DNA of 64,000 bases from Nitrospinales bacterium (GCA_965223795.1 CBDCXL010000001.1:544001-608000), one strand, 5' to 3'; positions 39,298 through 49,247 are shown, counted from the first letter of the stretch. Notes: a model not told the origin generated them from the sequence alone. Program-made: numbers and translations.

Positions 39298-39473
39298 GTT
39301 TTTCTCCAGGAAGGGATTCGAGAATCTTCACCTGACCTGTGCCCTGTTTCGGTCAGCTTACAATGAATTTCTAAAATTTCATAATGAATCGATGTAACCG
39401 GCAATTTTTTAAAATTTTACATTTTCCAAAGGGCGGACCGGGACGTGCTGGAAGCGGCGAGTCCCGGCGGCGC

Positions 39474-39656
39474 CAGCCTGCGGGCGGTCCGCTACTCAGC
39501 ATGTAGCATTGCGATGCCGGGCTCATCACGTTTCCGGGGGGCGTCCCGCTCGCCGCATCCAGCGGGGAGATCGTGGGAGGCATCGGTATCTCGGGATCGA
39601 TCGTGGAGAACGATCCTGCGGTTGCGGCGGCGGGCGCACAGATCCTGTTGCCATAA
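39474..39656 (+). pseudogene. GlcG/HbpS heme-binding protein C-terminal remnant
   Basis: Manual translation QPAGGPLLSM*HCDAGLITFPGGVPLAASSGEIVGGIGISGSIVENDPAVAAAGA; in-frame TAG 39504-39506; 5' part absent. Confidence 0.75.
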
Positions 39657-39685
39657 GTCAGTTACGATGTTTGGGAAGAAAAACA

Positions 39686-39721
39686 AAAACCCGGCGGGGT
39701 GCTCACCCGCGCCGGGTTTTT
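39686..39721. terminator. Bidirectional terminator-like hairpin
   Basis: AAAACCCGGCGGGGTG-CT-CACCCGCGCCGGGTTTTT. Confidence 0.6.
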
Positions 39722-39783
39722 ATTGCGGGATCCGGGTCAGGCCGGAATCGGTGCCTGCCTTGACCCCGCGGAAGGGCCTGTGC

Positions 39784-39818
39784 TGCCACCCTGAGCCCTT
39801 CGCCAAGCTCAGGATGAC
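39784..39818. repeat. Short copy of REP-like element
   Basis: TGCCACCCTGAGCCCTTCGCCAAGCTCAGGATGAC, similar to 40-120. Confidence 0.6.
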
Positions 39819-39876
39819 TGCTCAGAACAAACCTTTCGAACGGAAAACCCGCCGGATTGCATAGTGCGGCGGCGGG

Positions 39877-41016
39877 TTACGGGTTGCGGACGGACTGGCT
39901 CACCTGCTTGATGGCGTGGTATTTCCTGGGAGCGGGATTGGAAGCGGGCTGGGTGATTTTCGCCCGGCGGGACACTTTTCTCAGGTACTGCCCCTGACTG
40001 CCCGTGGTCACTTTCTTCGCCACGGTCTGGGGTTTCTGCTGTGCTTGCCGCTGCGCCGTGGTTTCCGGTTCTTTCTCTTTCTCCAGGTCCTTGCGCCGTT
40101 TGAGGCCGACGATCTGGCCTTCGGGATTGAATTCCGCCACCAGCTCCTCGTCCTTTTCTTCCAGGTACCGGTCGAGGTGCGGCTTGATGAGCGACGCATC
40201 GGCGAACGTCCACAGGTTGCTGGTGATGCCTTCCATGATCATGCTGTAGACGCCTTTTTCGATGGCTTCCATGACCGCCATCTGCGGCGGCTCGTTGGTG
40301 GTGAGGCCGACCTCCGCCTCAAGCAGGCGGTTGAGCTCGACAAAGCGGAAGAAGGTGCCGTCCAGGCTGGCGGAGAAGATGGTTTTGCTGGTGTGCACGG
40401 TGTGCAGGATTTTGCCGCGCTTGACGGACACGGCGCGCAGGAAGATGCTCACGGTGTCGCGGCGGAATTCGGTGGAGCCACCGGCGCCGAAATAACGCGC
40501 ACCGAGCCCGCCGGTCAGCAGGTTGGTTTCGTAGGCGATGACGCCGCCTTCGAGCATGATGGGCGCGTACAGCAGCGGCGGCAGGGAGGGAGGCGGGGTG
40601 CCGTCTTTTTCCCCGTCTTTTTTCTGGCTGTAGCGTTTGCGGGTCTGGCGGATGATCTTGCGTTCGTTGAGCAGGTTGTTCAGGCCCTCGCGCTCAAGCA
40701 CGGTGAACCACTTGCCGCCGCCGGCGTCCTGCAGCGCCTTGATCAGCATGGAGGTGGCGCCCTGGGTCACGGCGGTGGAGTACTGCAATACGGTGTCGCT
40801 GGATTTGTACTGGCCGGTCTGGTCGCGGAATTTATAGACCACCACGACGACCGGTTGCTCGGGCGGCGGCAGGGACACGAGGTCTTCATAGACCTGAGAT
40901 TTGTAACCGACGATGGCCTTTCCGGAGCGCATGGGCTGGAAAAACGTTGAACAGGCCGGCAAAACCACAATCAACAGGAGCGCCAGCGCCACGATACCGT
41001 TCCGTTTGTTTCTCAT
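39877..41016 (-). CDS. csgG: Curli secretion channel lipoprotein with C-terminal extension
   Basis: Lipobox LPAC; VYKFRDQTGQYK, STAVTQGATSML, EREGLNNLLNERKIIR, EGGVIAYETN, TNEP. Confidence 0.93.
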   Translation of the reverse strand: MRNKRNGIVALALLLIVVLPACSTFFQPMRSGKAIVGYKSQVYEDLVSLPPPEQPVVVVVYKFRDQTGQYKSSDTVLQYSTAVTQGATSMLIKALQDAGGGKWFTVLEREGLNNLLNERKIIRQTRKRYSQKKDGEKDGTPPPSLPPLLYAPIMLEGGVIAYETNLLTGGLGARYFGAGGSTEFRRDTVSIFLRAVSVKRGKILHTVHTSKTIFSASLDGTFFRFVELNRLLEAEVGLTTNEPPQMAVMEAIEKGVYSMIMEGITSNLWTFADASLIKPHLDRYLEEKDEELVAEFNPEGQIVGLKRRKDLEKEKEPETTAQRQAQQKPQTVAKKVTTGSQGQYLRKVSRRAKITQPASNPAPRKYHAIKQVSQSVRNP

Positions 41017-41227
41017 CCTCATCTCCCCCCAATTTAGAAAATAGGAAATCCCTCCTTCAGGCAGGCACGGAATTCCGGCTCCACCGCACTCCGCCGGGCT
41101 GCGTCTCTCCGTCACAGCCTTTAAATTCTCTCCTCAAATCGGCCAATATCCGGCCTCGAACTCCCGGCCGGACATCCAGGTGTTCGAGGCCGGTATCAGC
41201 GCTCCTCCTCCACTGCTCCTCTATGCT

Positions 41228-41632
41228 TTAAAACGTCGGCACCAGAACCGTGGTGGCGTCTCCGGTGGCCTGGTCGATGACGGAAATGGACACTTCGCCG
41301 CCGTTGTCCTGCACGGACAACTGGAAATTGCCGACGTCGAAATCGCCGGTGGGAACGCCGTCCTCATCGCCGAAAATTCCGTCCACGATTTCATTGGAAA
41401 GCCGGTTCAGGATGGACCGGTTCAGCCGGTCCTCGAAATCCTCCAGCACGGATTCCTCTTCGGCGGCCTCCTCGAATTCATTCTGGGCGTTGGCCTGGCT
41501 CAGCAGGGGAGCCGCATTGAAAGGATTGCCGCCAAAGGTGGGATTTTCGAAACGGTGTGATAATTCCGAGGCGTCCGCCGCATTCACAGCCGCCGCGAGA
41601 CACAAACCTGTCAGTATCGTCCATTGTTTCAC
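41228..41632 (-). CDS. csgF: Curli assembly protein CsgF
   Basis: ASELSHRFENPTFGGNPFN...LLSQANAQN; C-terminal DQATGDATTV. Confidence 0.92.
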   Translation of the reverse strand: MKQWTILTGLCLAAAVNAADASELSHRFENPTFGGNPFNAAPLLSQANAQNEFEEAAEEESVLEDFEDRLNRSILNRLSNEIVDGIFGDEDGVPTGDFDVGNFQLSVQDNGGEVSISVIDQATGDATTVLVPTF

Positions 41633-41644
41633 CTGATCACCTCC

Positions 41645-42166
41645 TCAATACATTTCCAGTTCTTTGATCAAATCCAGCCGTGTCTTGATGAACTTGCGCG
41701 TCACCCGCACACCCAGGATCGCCGCCGCTTCCACTTCCTCGGAGCGGGGCTTGACGTTGCGCTTGAAGATCAGCCGGTCGTTCACGCTGACAAAAATGAT
41801 GTTGCCGATGCGCGGCTCCGCCAACTCCTTCAGGGTGATGGTGTAATTTCCGGGCACCGGGTCCCAGTGGTTGGTGAAGAAATAATAAAAATCTCCGCCG
41901 ACCTTGGTTTTGGTTTCGTCGACCACCAATCCTGAGATGCTGAATATGTCGTCTTCATCGTCCCCGCCCGCGGGCTTGCCGGTTTTCTTTTCCGGTCGTG
42001 TTTTGTCATCGTTTTCTTCGATGTTGAGATCCGGTGCGGCGGCTGGTGTGTCGTACGCGAAAGACACTGCTGGAAGGGCGCACAGGCTCAGCCAAAGTCC
42101 CAGGGCCAGCGCGGTCCCGCCCCTGCCGTTTGCATGCCTGTCCTGACATCGATGATTGCGTTTCAT
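41645..42166 (-). CDS. csgE: Curli assembly protein CsgE
   Basis: ISGLVVDETKTKVGGDFYYFF..W, ITLKE..PRIG..I. Confidence 0.85.
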   Translation of the reverse strand: MKRNHRCQDRHANGRGGTALALGLWLSLCALPAVSFAYDTPAAAPDLNIEENDDKTRPEKKTGKPAGGDDEDDIFSISGLVVDETKTKVGGDFYYFFTNHWDPVPGNYTITLKELAEPRIGNIIFVSVNDRLIFKRNVKPRSEEVEAAAILGVRVTRKFIKTRLDLIKELEMY

Positions 42167-42192
42167 AAAACCGGGTTCATTCTGTTATCAGG

Positions 42193-42228
42193 AGAAAATC
42201 CGGGACCGGGCTTCCCTGCCCGGCCCCG
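42193..42228 (-). terminator. Hairpin between major curlin and csgE
   Basis: Minus strand CGGGGCCGGGCAGGGAAGCCCGGTCCCG followed by GATTTTCT. Confidence 0.5.
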
Positions 42229-42275
42229 CTGCCTCTACTAAAACCCCAGTCGTTCCGCCGTTGTGCACGAACGGA

Positions 42276-43991
42276 TCAATTGGAGCCCACAACCACGGCC
42301 ACGTTGCCGTTGCCGGGCTGATTGATGGTGGCGGACTGCCCTACGAAACCTTCCTGGATGATGGTCGCGTCGTTGTTGTTGCCATCCTGGGTGATCTCGC
42401 CGAAATTATCCGCGCCGCCGTCCTGATCGATGAAGGCTTCGTTGCCGTCGCCGTTCTGGTAGATGAGGGCGGTGTTGTCCGCACTGCCGAAGCCTTGCTC
42501 GATGGTGGCGTTGTTGTCGTCGCCATGCTGTTCGATCCCCGCCTCGTTGCCGCCGGAAGCGAAGTCCTGAAAGATGATGGCATTGTTGTCATCGCCACCC
42601 TGGGTGATCCAGGCTTCGTTGTCCACGGACGCCAGGACCTGGCTGATCACGGCACTGTTATCATGGCCGGACTGGTCGATGTCCGCATCATTGGCAAGAG
42701 ACGCACCGCTCTGATCGATCCGCGCGAAGTTGTCGTCACCGGACTGATCGATGTGCGCGCTGTTGACGATTGACACGCCGTTCTGGTTGATGAAGGCTTC
42801 GTTGTCGTGGCCGGACTGATTGATCGACGCCTCATTGTCCACGGAGGCGAACTGCTGATCGATGTCGGCCAGGTTGTCGTCGCCGGACTGATGGATGGAA
42901 GCGTTGTTATCGGCAGAGCCAAAATTCTGACGGATCTCGGCGTTGTTGCGGTCGCCGTCCTGACCGATTTCCGCGGTGTTGTCTTCGGAACCGGGGGACT
43001 GGATGATGCGGGCGGTGTTGTCGTCACCGGACTGATCGATCCAGGCTTCGTTGCCTTCGGAGCTGTCCTGGTTGATGAAGGCCCGGTTGTCGTGACCGGA
43101 CTGGTCGATGTCGGCGGTGTTGTCGAACGAGCCAAGACCCTGTTGAACCCTTGCGGTGTTGTCGTCGCCCGACTGGTTGACGTTGGCTTCATTGCCGGCA
43201 GAGGTGAGATCCTGGAAGATGCGCGCGGTGTTGTCGTGACCGGACTGGTCGATGTGCGCTTCATTCTCCGCGGAACGGCGATTCTGGAAGATGCGCGCGA
43301 AGTTGTCGTCGCCTTCCTGAAGGATCGAAGCGTTGTTGTCAATCGAAAGGATGTTCTGCAAAATCGCCGCGTCGTTGTTGTCACCCGGCTGGCGGATATC
43401 CGCGGTGTTTTCAGTCTGGTTGTTCTGATTGATGGTGGCTTCGTTGTTATTGCCGCCCTGACGGATGCTCGCCTCGTTGTCGTCGGCGCCGTCCTGGTCG
43501 ATGAAAGCGGTGTTGTCGTTGCCGCCCTGACGGATCAGCGCGTCATTGTTCGTGGAACCGAAACCCTGTTCGATGGTCGCGTCGTTGTTGTCGCCCGGCT
43601 GGCGGATGGTGGCGGTGTTGTCCTCGGAGGTGAAGTCCTGGAAGATGGTGGCTTCGTTGTCGTCCCCCCGCTGGTTGATCAGCGCCTCGTTGTCCGCCGA
43701 GCCGAACTGCTGGAAGATGGTGGCTTCGTTGTCGTCACCGCGCTGGCGGATGGTGGCGTCGTTGTTGTTGGCGGTGTTGTTCTGGGTGATGTCCGCCGTG
43801 TTGTCGTCGCCGGGCTGATTGACGGTGGCGGTGTTGTTGTCGCTCCCCAACGACGGGGGCGCCTGGTTCACGTTGGCCGTGTTGTCATCGCCGGGCTGGT
43901 TGACGTTCGCCGTGTTGTCCGCGAACGCCTGACCGGTGAGAAACAGGGCCGTGGTGATTGAAATGATTAATATCCAAACTTTCGGTCTCAT
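42276..43991 (-). CDS. Large curlin (CsgA-like), 23 curlin repeats
   Basis: Signal peptide then N-x-A-x-I-x-Q-x-G-x-x-N-x-A-x-I-x-Q repeats of ~23-24 aa; AGGAGG RBS. Confidence 0.9.
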   Translation of the reverse strand: MRPKVWILIISITTALFLTGQAFADNTANVNQPGDDNTANVNQAPPSLGSDNNTATVNQPGDDNTADITQNNTANNNDATIRQRGDDNEATIFQQFGSADNEALINQRGDDNEATIFQDFTSEDNTATIRQPGDNNDATIEQGFGSTNNDALIRQGGNDNTAFIDQDGADDNEASIRQGGNNNEATINQNNQTENTADIRQPGDNNDAAILQNILSIDNNASILQEGDDNFARIFQNRRSAENEAHIDQSGHDNTARIFQDLTSAGNEANVNQSGDDNTARVQQGLGSFDNTADIDQSGHDNRAFINQDSSEGNEAWIDQSGDDNTARIIQSPGSEDNTAEIGQDGDRNNAEIRQNFGSADNNASIHQSGDDNLADIDQQFASVDNEASINQSGHDNEAFINQNGVSIVNSAHIDQSGDDNFARIDQSGASLANDADIDQSGHDNSAVISQVLASVDNEAWITQGGDDNNAIIFQDFASGGNEAGIEQHGDDNNATIEQGFGSADNTALIYQNGDGNEAFIDQDGGADNFGEITQDGNNNDATIIQEGFVGQSATINQPGNGNVAVVVGSN

Positions 43992-44057
43992 GTGAGTTCT
44001 CCTCCTGCTGGGTTGAAAAAATGCGATTCCATGCGGAATCCCTGATAATTCAGAAAA

Positions 44058-44681
44058 TCAATTCTGAAACACGTTCGCCGTGTTGCCGCTGCCAGACTGC
44101 GTGATGGTGGCGCGGGAATTGTCGGCGCCGTTCTGGTTGATCAAAGCCGTGTTGCCGTCGCCGCTTTGAAAGATGCTGGCGGAACTGGACAACGCGCCGT
44201 TCTGCAAAACGGCGGCGTCGTTGCCGCTTCCGGACTGGTCGATGAGCGCGAAGCTGTCCTCCGCGCCGTTCTGGGATATGGAGGCGAAGTTGTCGTCGCC
44301 GGACTGATCGATGGAAGCGATGTTGCCGAACGCGCCGTCGTTCTGAAAAATGAAGGCTTCGTTGCCATTGCCGGACTGGTCGACCACGGCTTCGTTGCTC
44401 TCGGAATCGGATTGTTCGATTTCTGCGAGGTTGTTGTTGCCGGACTGGTCGATGGAAGCAAAGTTTGCAAAAGAACCGTCCGCCTGGATGATGGTGGCCT
44501 CGTTCTCGTTACCGGGCTGATCGATGAGCGCGGTCAGATCGTCTCCGGCCTGCACGATGGTGGCCAGGTTGTCCTCGCCGTCCTGCACGATATCGAGGAC
44601 GTTTTCCGCGGCCCCCGCGTTTGCGCTCCAGAATGCCAGCGCCAACCCGACGAATATGCTGAGCCCCGTTTTTTTAAACAT
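44058..44681 (-). CDS. Curlin subunit, 8 repeats
   Basis: Signal peptide; repeats such as NFASIDQSGNNNLAEIEQ. Confidence 0.88.
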   Translation of the reverse strand: MFKKTGLSIFVGLALAFWSANAGAAENVLDIVQDGEDNLATIVQAGDDLTALIDQPGNENEATIIQADGSFANFASIDQSGNNNLAEIEQSDSESNEAVVDQSGNGNEAFIFQNDGAFGNIASIDQSGDDNFASISQNGAEDSFALIDQSGSGNDAAVLQNGALSSSASIFQSGDGNTALINQNGADNSRATITQSGSGNTANVFQN

Positions 44682-44741
44682 GTCCCCTCCCTCCCTGATT
44701 TTCTTGATTCAATGCCGCGTGAAACCCGTTTGCGCTCTCAA

Positions 44742-45647
44742 TCAGGGTTGGACACCGCCAAAACCCGGAATCACGGTCGTGCCGAAGGAATCCTGTATGA
44801 TGCTGACGTCGAGCCCGTTGCCTTCCTGGGTGACGCTGAATGAAAGTCCGTCGCCGCTCTGGCTCTGATCGATGGAGTTGTTGCTGCCAATCTGCACGGC
44901 CTCGAGAAAATTGCCATCGCCGGCCTGCGTCTGATTGATGTCGTTGCCGCTGCCGATCTGGGTCGCCAGTGCGACGTTGCCGCTGCCTTCCTGGATCTGC
45001 GTGAGCAGGTTGTCCTCGCCGTCCTGCAGGGCCACCACCGAATTCAGGACTCCCTGCTGATTCAGGTCATGAACATTGCCGCCGCCGTACTGAGCGGCCG
45101 CGGCGCTGTTTCCGCTTCCGTTCTGAATGAGCGCGGCCTGATTGGCATATCCGTCCTGCAGGCCGGTCACTTCGTTGTCGAAACCGGACTGCTTGAGATC
45201 GAATTCGTTGTCTTCGCCGTGCTGCTCCAAGTCCAGGCTGTTGCCGGCGCCGGACTGCCTGAGGCCCACACGGTTCTTCGTGCCGGTCTGCTCCACCGAG
45301 GCCCAGTTCGCGTCGCCTTCCTGCAGGATTGCGGTTTCGCTGCCGGTGCCGTCCTGATCGATTTCGGCTTCGTTGACTCCCACCACCTGTTCGATGGAAG
45401 AAAGACCTGCGTTCCCCTCCTGCACGACGGAGGCGCGGCCTCCGTTTTTCCCCTGTGAGATCAACGCCTCGTTGCCCTCTCCTGCCTGCTGCACCGTGTT
45501 GTTGTCTGCGGCGAAGGAGGGCGGAGGCCCGATGACCGGACCTCCAGCAACCAGAAGGGAGAACAACAGGAAAACTACGATCGGAAGACGTACTTCGTGG
45601 GGGATGGAAGGGATTTTTGCTCTGAAACACAAATTCATGAACCGCAC
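44742..45647 (-). CDS. Curlin subunit (CsgB-like), ~11 repeats of 22 aa
   Basis: Regular 11-aa Q-x-G-x-x-N periodicity (22 half-repeats); start uncertain (GTG 45647 or ATG 45638). Confidence 0.82.
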   Translation of the reverse strand: MRFMNLCFRAKIPSIPHEVRLPIVVFLLFSLLVAGGPVIGPPPSFAADNNTVQQAGEGNEALISQGKNGGRASVVQEGNAGLSSIEQVVGVNEAEIDQDGTGSETAILQEGDANWASVEQTGTKNRVGLRQSGAGNSLDLEQHGEDNEFDLKQSGFDNEVTGLQDGYANQAALIQNGSGNSAAAAQYGGGNVHDLNQQGVLNSVVALQDGEDNLLTQIQEGSGNVALATQIGSGNDINQTQAGDGNFLEAVQIGSNNSIDQSQSGDGLSFSVTQEGNGLDVSIIQDSFGTTVIPGFGGVQP

Positions 45648-45965
45648 CTTTTCATTTGCCCTTCATTTCGCTGCATCACCCGATCAAGAAATGGATCGGG
45701 ATGCGCTGAGTTTTGGATTTTCGATCAAACCCTTTTTCCGGCTAAGGGGGTTTGACGAATGCAGGGGGAAATGAAATTCAGGAACCGGCCTTTCGATTCG
45801 GTTCCAGATAAATTCCACAAAGCCACGAATGCGGAATGGCGGTTTTATAGAACACTGCCCTGAGGGTGTATATAGTTTGATAAGACTATTTTAATTGACC
45901 GATATTTTTCAGGAAGTTTGAGTAAATTAAGGGTGAATTTTTATTTTAAAATCGAAAGGTGACAG

Positions 45966-45981
45966 TGTGACGCATGTCACA
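45966..45981. promoter_or_regulatory. CRP/FNR-family binding site
   Basis: TGTGA-CGCATG-TCACA, perfect TGTGA-N6-TCACA upstream of the curlin genes. Confidence 0.65.
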
Positions 45982-46115
45982 TTTCTCCCCACCCCTTCCT
46001 TTTTCACGGGCAGGATTTTTTGCTCACGAATGCGCTCCTTTGCAGGAGCGGGTCGTCCGGCAAAAAATAAATTGGACTGTCCGGAAGTCCGGAATTAAAA
46101 ACGGCGGGGTTTCGG

Positions 46116-46376
46116 TCAGAAACCGGTTTTGTTGAGCTTGGCGATCAGCTCCGCGCGGGTTTTCACGCGCAGCTTTTTGTGGATATTGCGAATGTGGGCT
46201 TTTTGCGTGTAAACACTGATGAACAGCTTGCAGGCGATTTCCTTGTCGCTCATTCCCTCGCGCACCATGACGAGGATCTCGTTTTCCCTCGGCGTCAGAT
46301 GAATGGGCGCGGGGTCTTTCGGTTTATGGGCGTTGCCCTTGAGAGGCGAGTCTGGCTGCGATTTGGCTGATTCCAT
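46116..46376 (-). CDS. Stand-alone LuxR/GerE HTH regulator
   Basis: LTPRENEILVMVREGMSDKEIACKLFIS..T.KAHIRNIHKKL.VKTRAEL. Confidence 0.85.
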   Translation of the reverse strand: MESAKSQPDSPLKGNAHKPKDPAPIHLTPRENEILVMVREGMSDKEIACKLFISVYTQKAHIRNIHKKLRVKTRAELIAKLNKTGF

Positions 46377-47075
46377 GGATCTGCTTTCGTGAGGGGCGTC
46401 CGGAAGCGTTGCCGCTTCCGGACTCGAATGGAATTTCAGAATCTCAATGCGCGAATGGATCGGTTTCCATCTTCCTCAGACTGCTTTTCCCGGGGATCGT
46501 TTTTTTCCGGCCTTTTCTCTCCCATTTCCGCGGGAAACGATGCTAAATATTTTTAAACTAATTTAAATAAATTAGCGGGAATTATCTAGCATTTTCCCTA
46601 AAAATTGTAAATAGTTTGATCAGACTAATGAGCGCACAAGCCGGCGCCCTGCATGCAGAATGTCCCTGTGCGGCGGCGTTCGCATGCAGTCTGAATTTCT
46701 AAATTCAGATAATACAATCGCTCATTTTCAACACTGCTTCCCACCGGACCGGAACGCAAAAAATACATTTCAAAAAAATATTTTTTTCCGTGTCGATTTT
46801 CTCTCATCGCCGGTTCCTGAAATGCCGTTACGGTTGTCGAGAGTTTTTCGACGCACCGGCGCTGTTTTTTTGCTTTTCTTCTCAATGTGTGCGGAGCCTG
46901 TTTTTTTACCGATTTAAATCACACCTCCAAATCCCGTTCCCCGCTGTTCAAGATTTGCCGTTGACACACGCGCGCGCACTTTTTAGATTGGGCCTCCGCT
47001 GAAAAATCAGGACTCCGTCGAATTGTCCGCGTTAGCGGCGATTGCATCCACTCACCGATTTGGAAAACACAGAAA

Positions 47076-48578
47076 ATGAAAACACCTGAATCCACAGGGA
47101 TCCGGTTTCGCCTCAGCGCCTGCCTCGCCTGGGTTCTGGTCCTGGCGCTGCCGTCCGCGCTCTTTGCGGACACACGCACGGAGCTGCTCAAGGCCAAGGA
47201 GGCGTACCTCAAGGGCGATTTCGAGACCACGCTGCAAATCTTCACGGGGTTCGCGAACCGCGGCAACAAAAACGCCCAGTTCATTTTGGGAGAAATGTAC
47301 GGACGCGGGCTCGGCATCCCCCGGGACCCAGAAAAGGCGGCCAAATGGTATCAGATGGCCGCGGAGCAGAACCTTCACAAAGCCCAGTACCGCATCGGCG
47401 AGATGTACCGCAGGGGCTTCGGCGTTCCCAAGGACGACGAGCAGGCGGTTCACTGGTACCGCCGCGCGGCGCTGCAGGGCCACACACAGGCGCAGTTCAA
47501 CCTGGGGTATTTTTTCGAGCACGGCCGGGGTGTTCCGCAGGATAAAAAACAGGCGGTGAACTGGTACACGCAGGCCGCCAGCCAGGGCTTCACCTCGGCG
47601 CAGTTCAACCTCGCTTTGATGTACGATGAGGGCGAGGGTGTGCCAAAAAACAAACGTGAGGCGGCGATCTGGTATCGCAAGGCGGCGGAACAGGGTTACC
47701 CGCCCGCGCAGTCGAACCTCGGCCTGCTCTATGAAATGGGTCTGGGCGTCAAAAGAAACTACCAGGAAGCGGCGCGGCTGTACCGGCTGGCGGCGGAACA
47801 GGGTTACGCTTCGGCCCAGTTCAACCTCGGGCTGATGCACGACAAGGGACGCGGCATTGCACAGGACAAAAAGGAAGCGGTGAAGTGGTACCGTCTGGCG
47901 GCGGAACAGGGTTACGCCGCGGCGCAGTTCAACCTGGGCTGGATGTACGATCAGGGCCAGGGCGTTGAATCTGACAAAAAGCGGGCCCTGCACTGGTACC
48001 GCAAGGCGGCCGCACAAGGCCAGCCGGAAGCGCAGTTCAACCTGGGCCTGTTGAACGATCTGGGCCGCGGGCTGCCCGTCAATAAAGAAAACGCGGTGAA
48101 GTGGTACCGGCTGGCGGCGGAACAGGGGCACCCGCAGGCACAGCTGAACCTGGGTTTCATGTATGGCAACGGCAGCGGCGTCGCGCAAAACAAACTGGAA
48201 GCCATCGAATGGTACGGGAAGGCCGCCCGCCAGGGCTACGCGCCGGCGCAATTGAACCTCGGACTGGTCTACGACCAGGGAGACGGCGTTCCGCCGGACC
48301 GGGAAAAAGCGTTTCAATGGTACCGCAAAGCGGCGGAGCAGGGACTGGCGGAAGCGCAGATGAACCTGGGCTATCTGTACGGAACGGGCCGCGGCGTCCT
48401 CAAGGATTATCTGAAGGCCCACCTCTGGTACAGTCTCGCGCTCAAGAAACTGCAGTCGCGCACCGACCGCGAGCTGGCGGAACGCAACCGGGATGTAGTC
48501 GCCGGACTCATGGACCCGGCGCAGATCGCGGAAGCGCAGAAGCTGGTTGAACAATGGAGCGCGCAAAACAAGCAATGA
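47076..48578 (+). CDS. Secreted Sel1-like repeat protein (11 repeats)
   Basis: 36-aa AQFNLG.MY..G.GV......A..WY..AAEQG repeats; signal peptide. Confidence 0.93.
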   Translation: MKTPESTGIRFRLSACLAWVLVLALPSALFADTRTELLKAKEAYLKGDFETTLQIFTGFANRGNKNAQFILGEMYGRGLGIPRDPEKAAKWYQMAAEQNLHKAQYRIGEMYRRGFGVPKDDEQAVHWYRRAALQGHTQAQFNLGYFFEHGRGVPQDKKQAVNWYTQAASQGFTSAQFNLALMYDEGEGVPKNKREAAIWYRKAAEQGYPPAQSNLGLLYEMGLGVKRNYQEAARLYRLAAEQGYASAQFNLGLMHDKGRGIAQDKKEAVKWYRLAAEQGYAAAQFNLGWMYDQGQGVESDKKRALHWYRKAAAQGQPEAQFNLGLLNDLGRGLPVNKENAVKWYRLAAEQGHPQAQLNLGFMYGNGSGVAQNKLEAIEWYGKAARQGYAPAQLNLGLVYDQGDGVPPDREKAFQWYRKAAEQGLAEAQMNLGYLYGTGRGVLKDYLKAHLWYSLALKKLQSRTDRELAERNRDVVAGLMDPAQIAEAQKLVEQWSAQNKQ

Positions 48579-48842
48579 CCCTGCCGGGCGCGGGATCGGC
48601 CCAGTTCCGGTATGATGCCCGCGCAGCTCCAAACTTACGGTTTTTCAGGCCTTTTTGATCTACGCTTTGTGAAACAGGCCCCTGCCCCCATTAAACCTTT
48701 GATTTTTTTGACCTTATAATTTATCCTGAAGAGGATCAATCGGTTCCGCCAGGAAGGGTTGTTTTGCTTAAGGCTCGTTACTGGCTGGATTGACAGGGAT
48801 TCTGCGGTCCTGAAACCGGGGCCGGCTTTTTAAAAGGACATC

Positions 48843-49247
48843 ATGGACGCCATCAAAGTGCTGCTCATCGAGGACGACCCGGAAGACGCGGAAATCGTGA
48901 GCGATCTGCTGCAATCCTCGCAGTTGAACGTGAACCTGGAAGTCGCGAATTCATCCAAACTCGGCATCGAGAAACTGGAAAACCAGGACTACCACTGCGT
49001 TCTGGTCGATCACATGATTCCGGGCATTTCCGGCATGAATCTCATCATGAAGGTGAAGGAAACCGGCAGCTCGGTGCCCTGCATTCTGCTGACGGGTTTT
49101 GGTGATGAAGAACAGAAACAGGAAATGCTCTCCCTCGGCGCGTTCGACTACCTGCGCAAACAGGATCTGAACCGCGAAGCGCTGGAAAATAAAATCCACA
49201 AGGCGCTGATCTGGAATTACAAAAAGAATGACGTGGCCGCGAGCTGA
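48843..49247 (+). CDS. Single-domain response regulator
   Basis: IEDD, LVDHMIPGISG, LTG, YLRK. Confidence 0.9.
   Translation: MDAIKVLLIEDDPEDAEIVSDLLQSSQLNVNLEVANSSKLGIEKLENQDYHCVLVDHMIPGISGMNLIMKVKETGSSVPCILLTGFGDEEQKQEMLSLGAFDYLRKQDLNREALENKIHKALIWNYKKNDVAAS

Noticed and set aside
42276..45647. Periodic DNA repeats as a possible CRISPR array
   Set aside because: Degenerate, in-frame curlin coding repeats; no constant repeat/unique spacer pattern and no cas genes. Same for the Sel1 genes
45650..45860. c-di-GMP riboswitch upstream of curlins
   Set aside because: Hairpins exist but I could not find the class I consensus elements
46377..46470. Frameshifted N-terminal extension of the LuxR gene from ATG 46470
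   Set aside because: A one-base change would fuse it, but the added peptide has no recognisable domain
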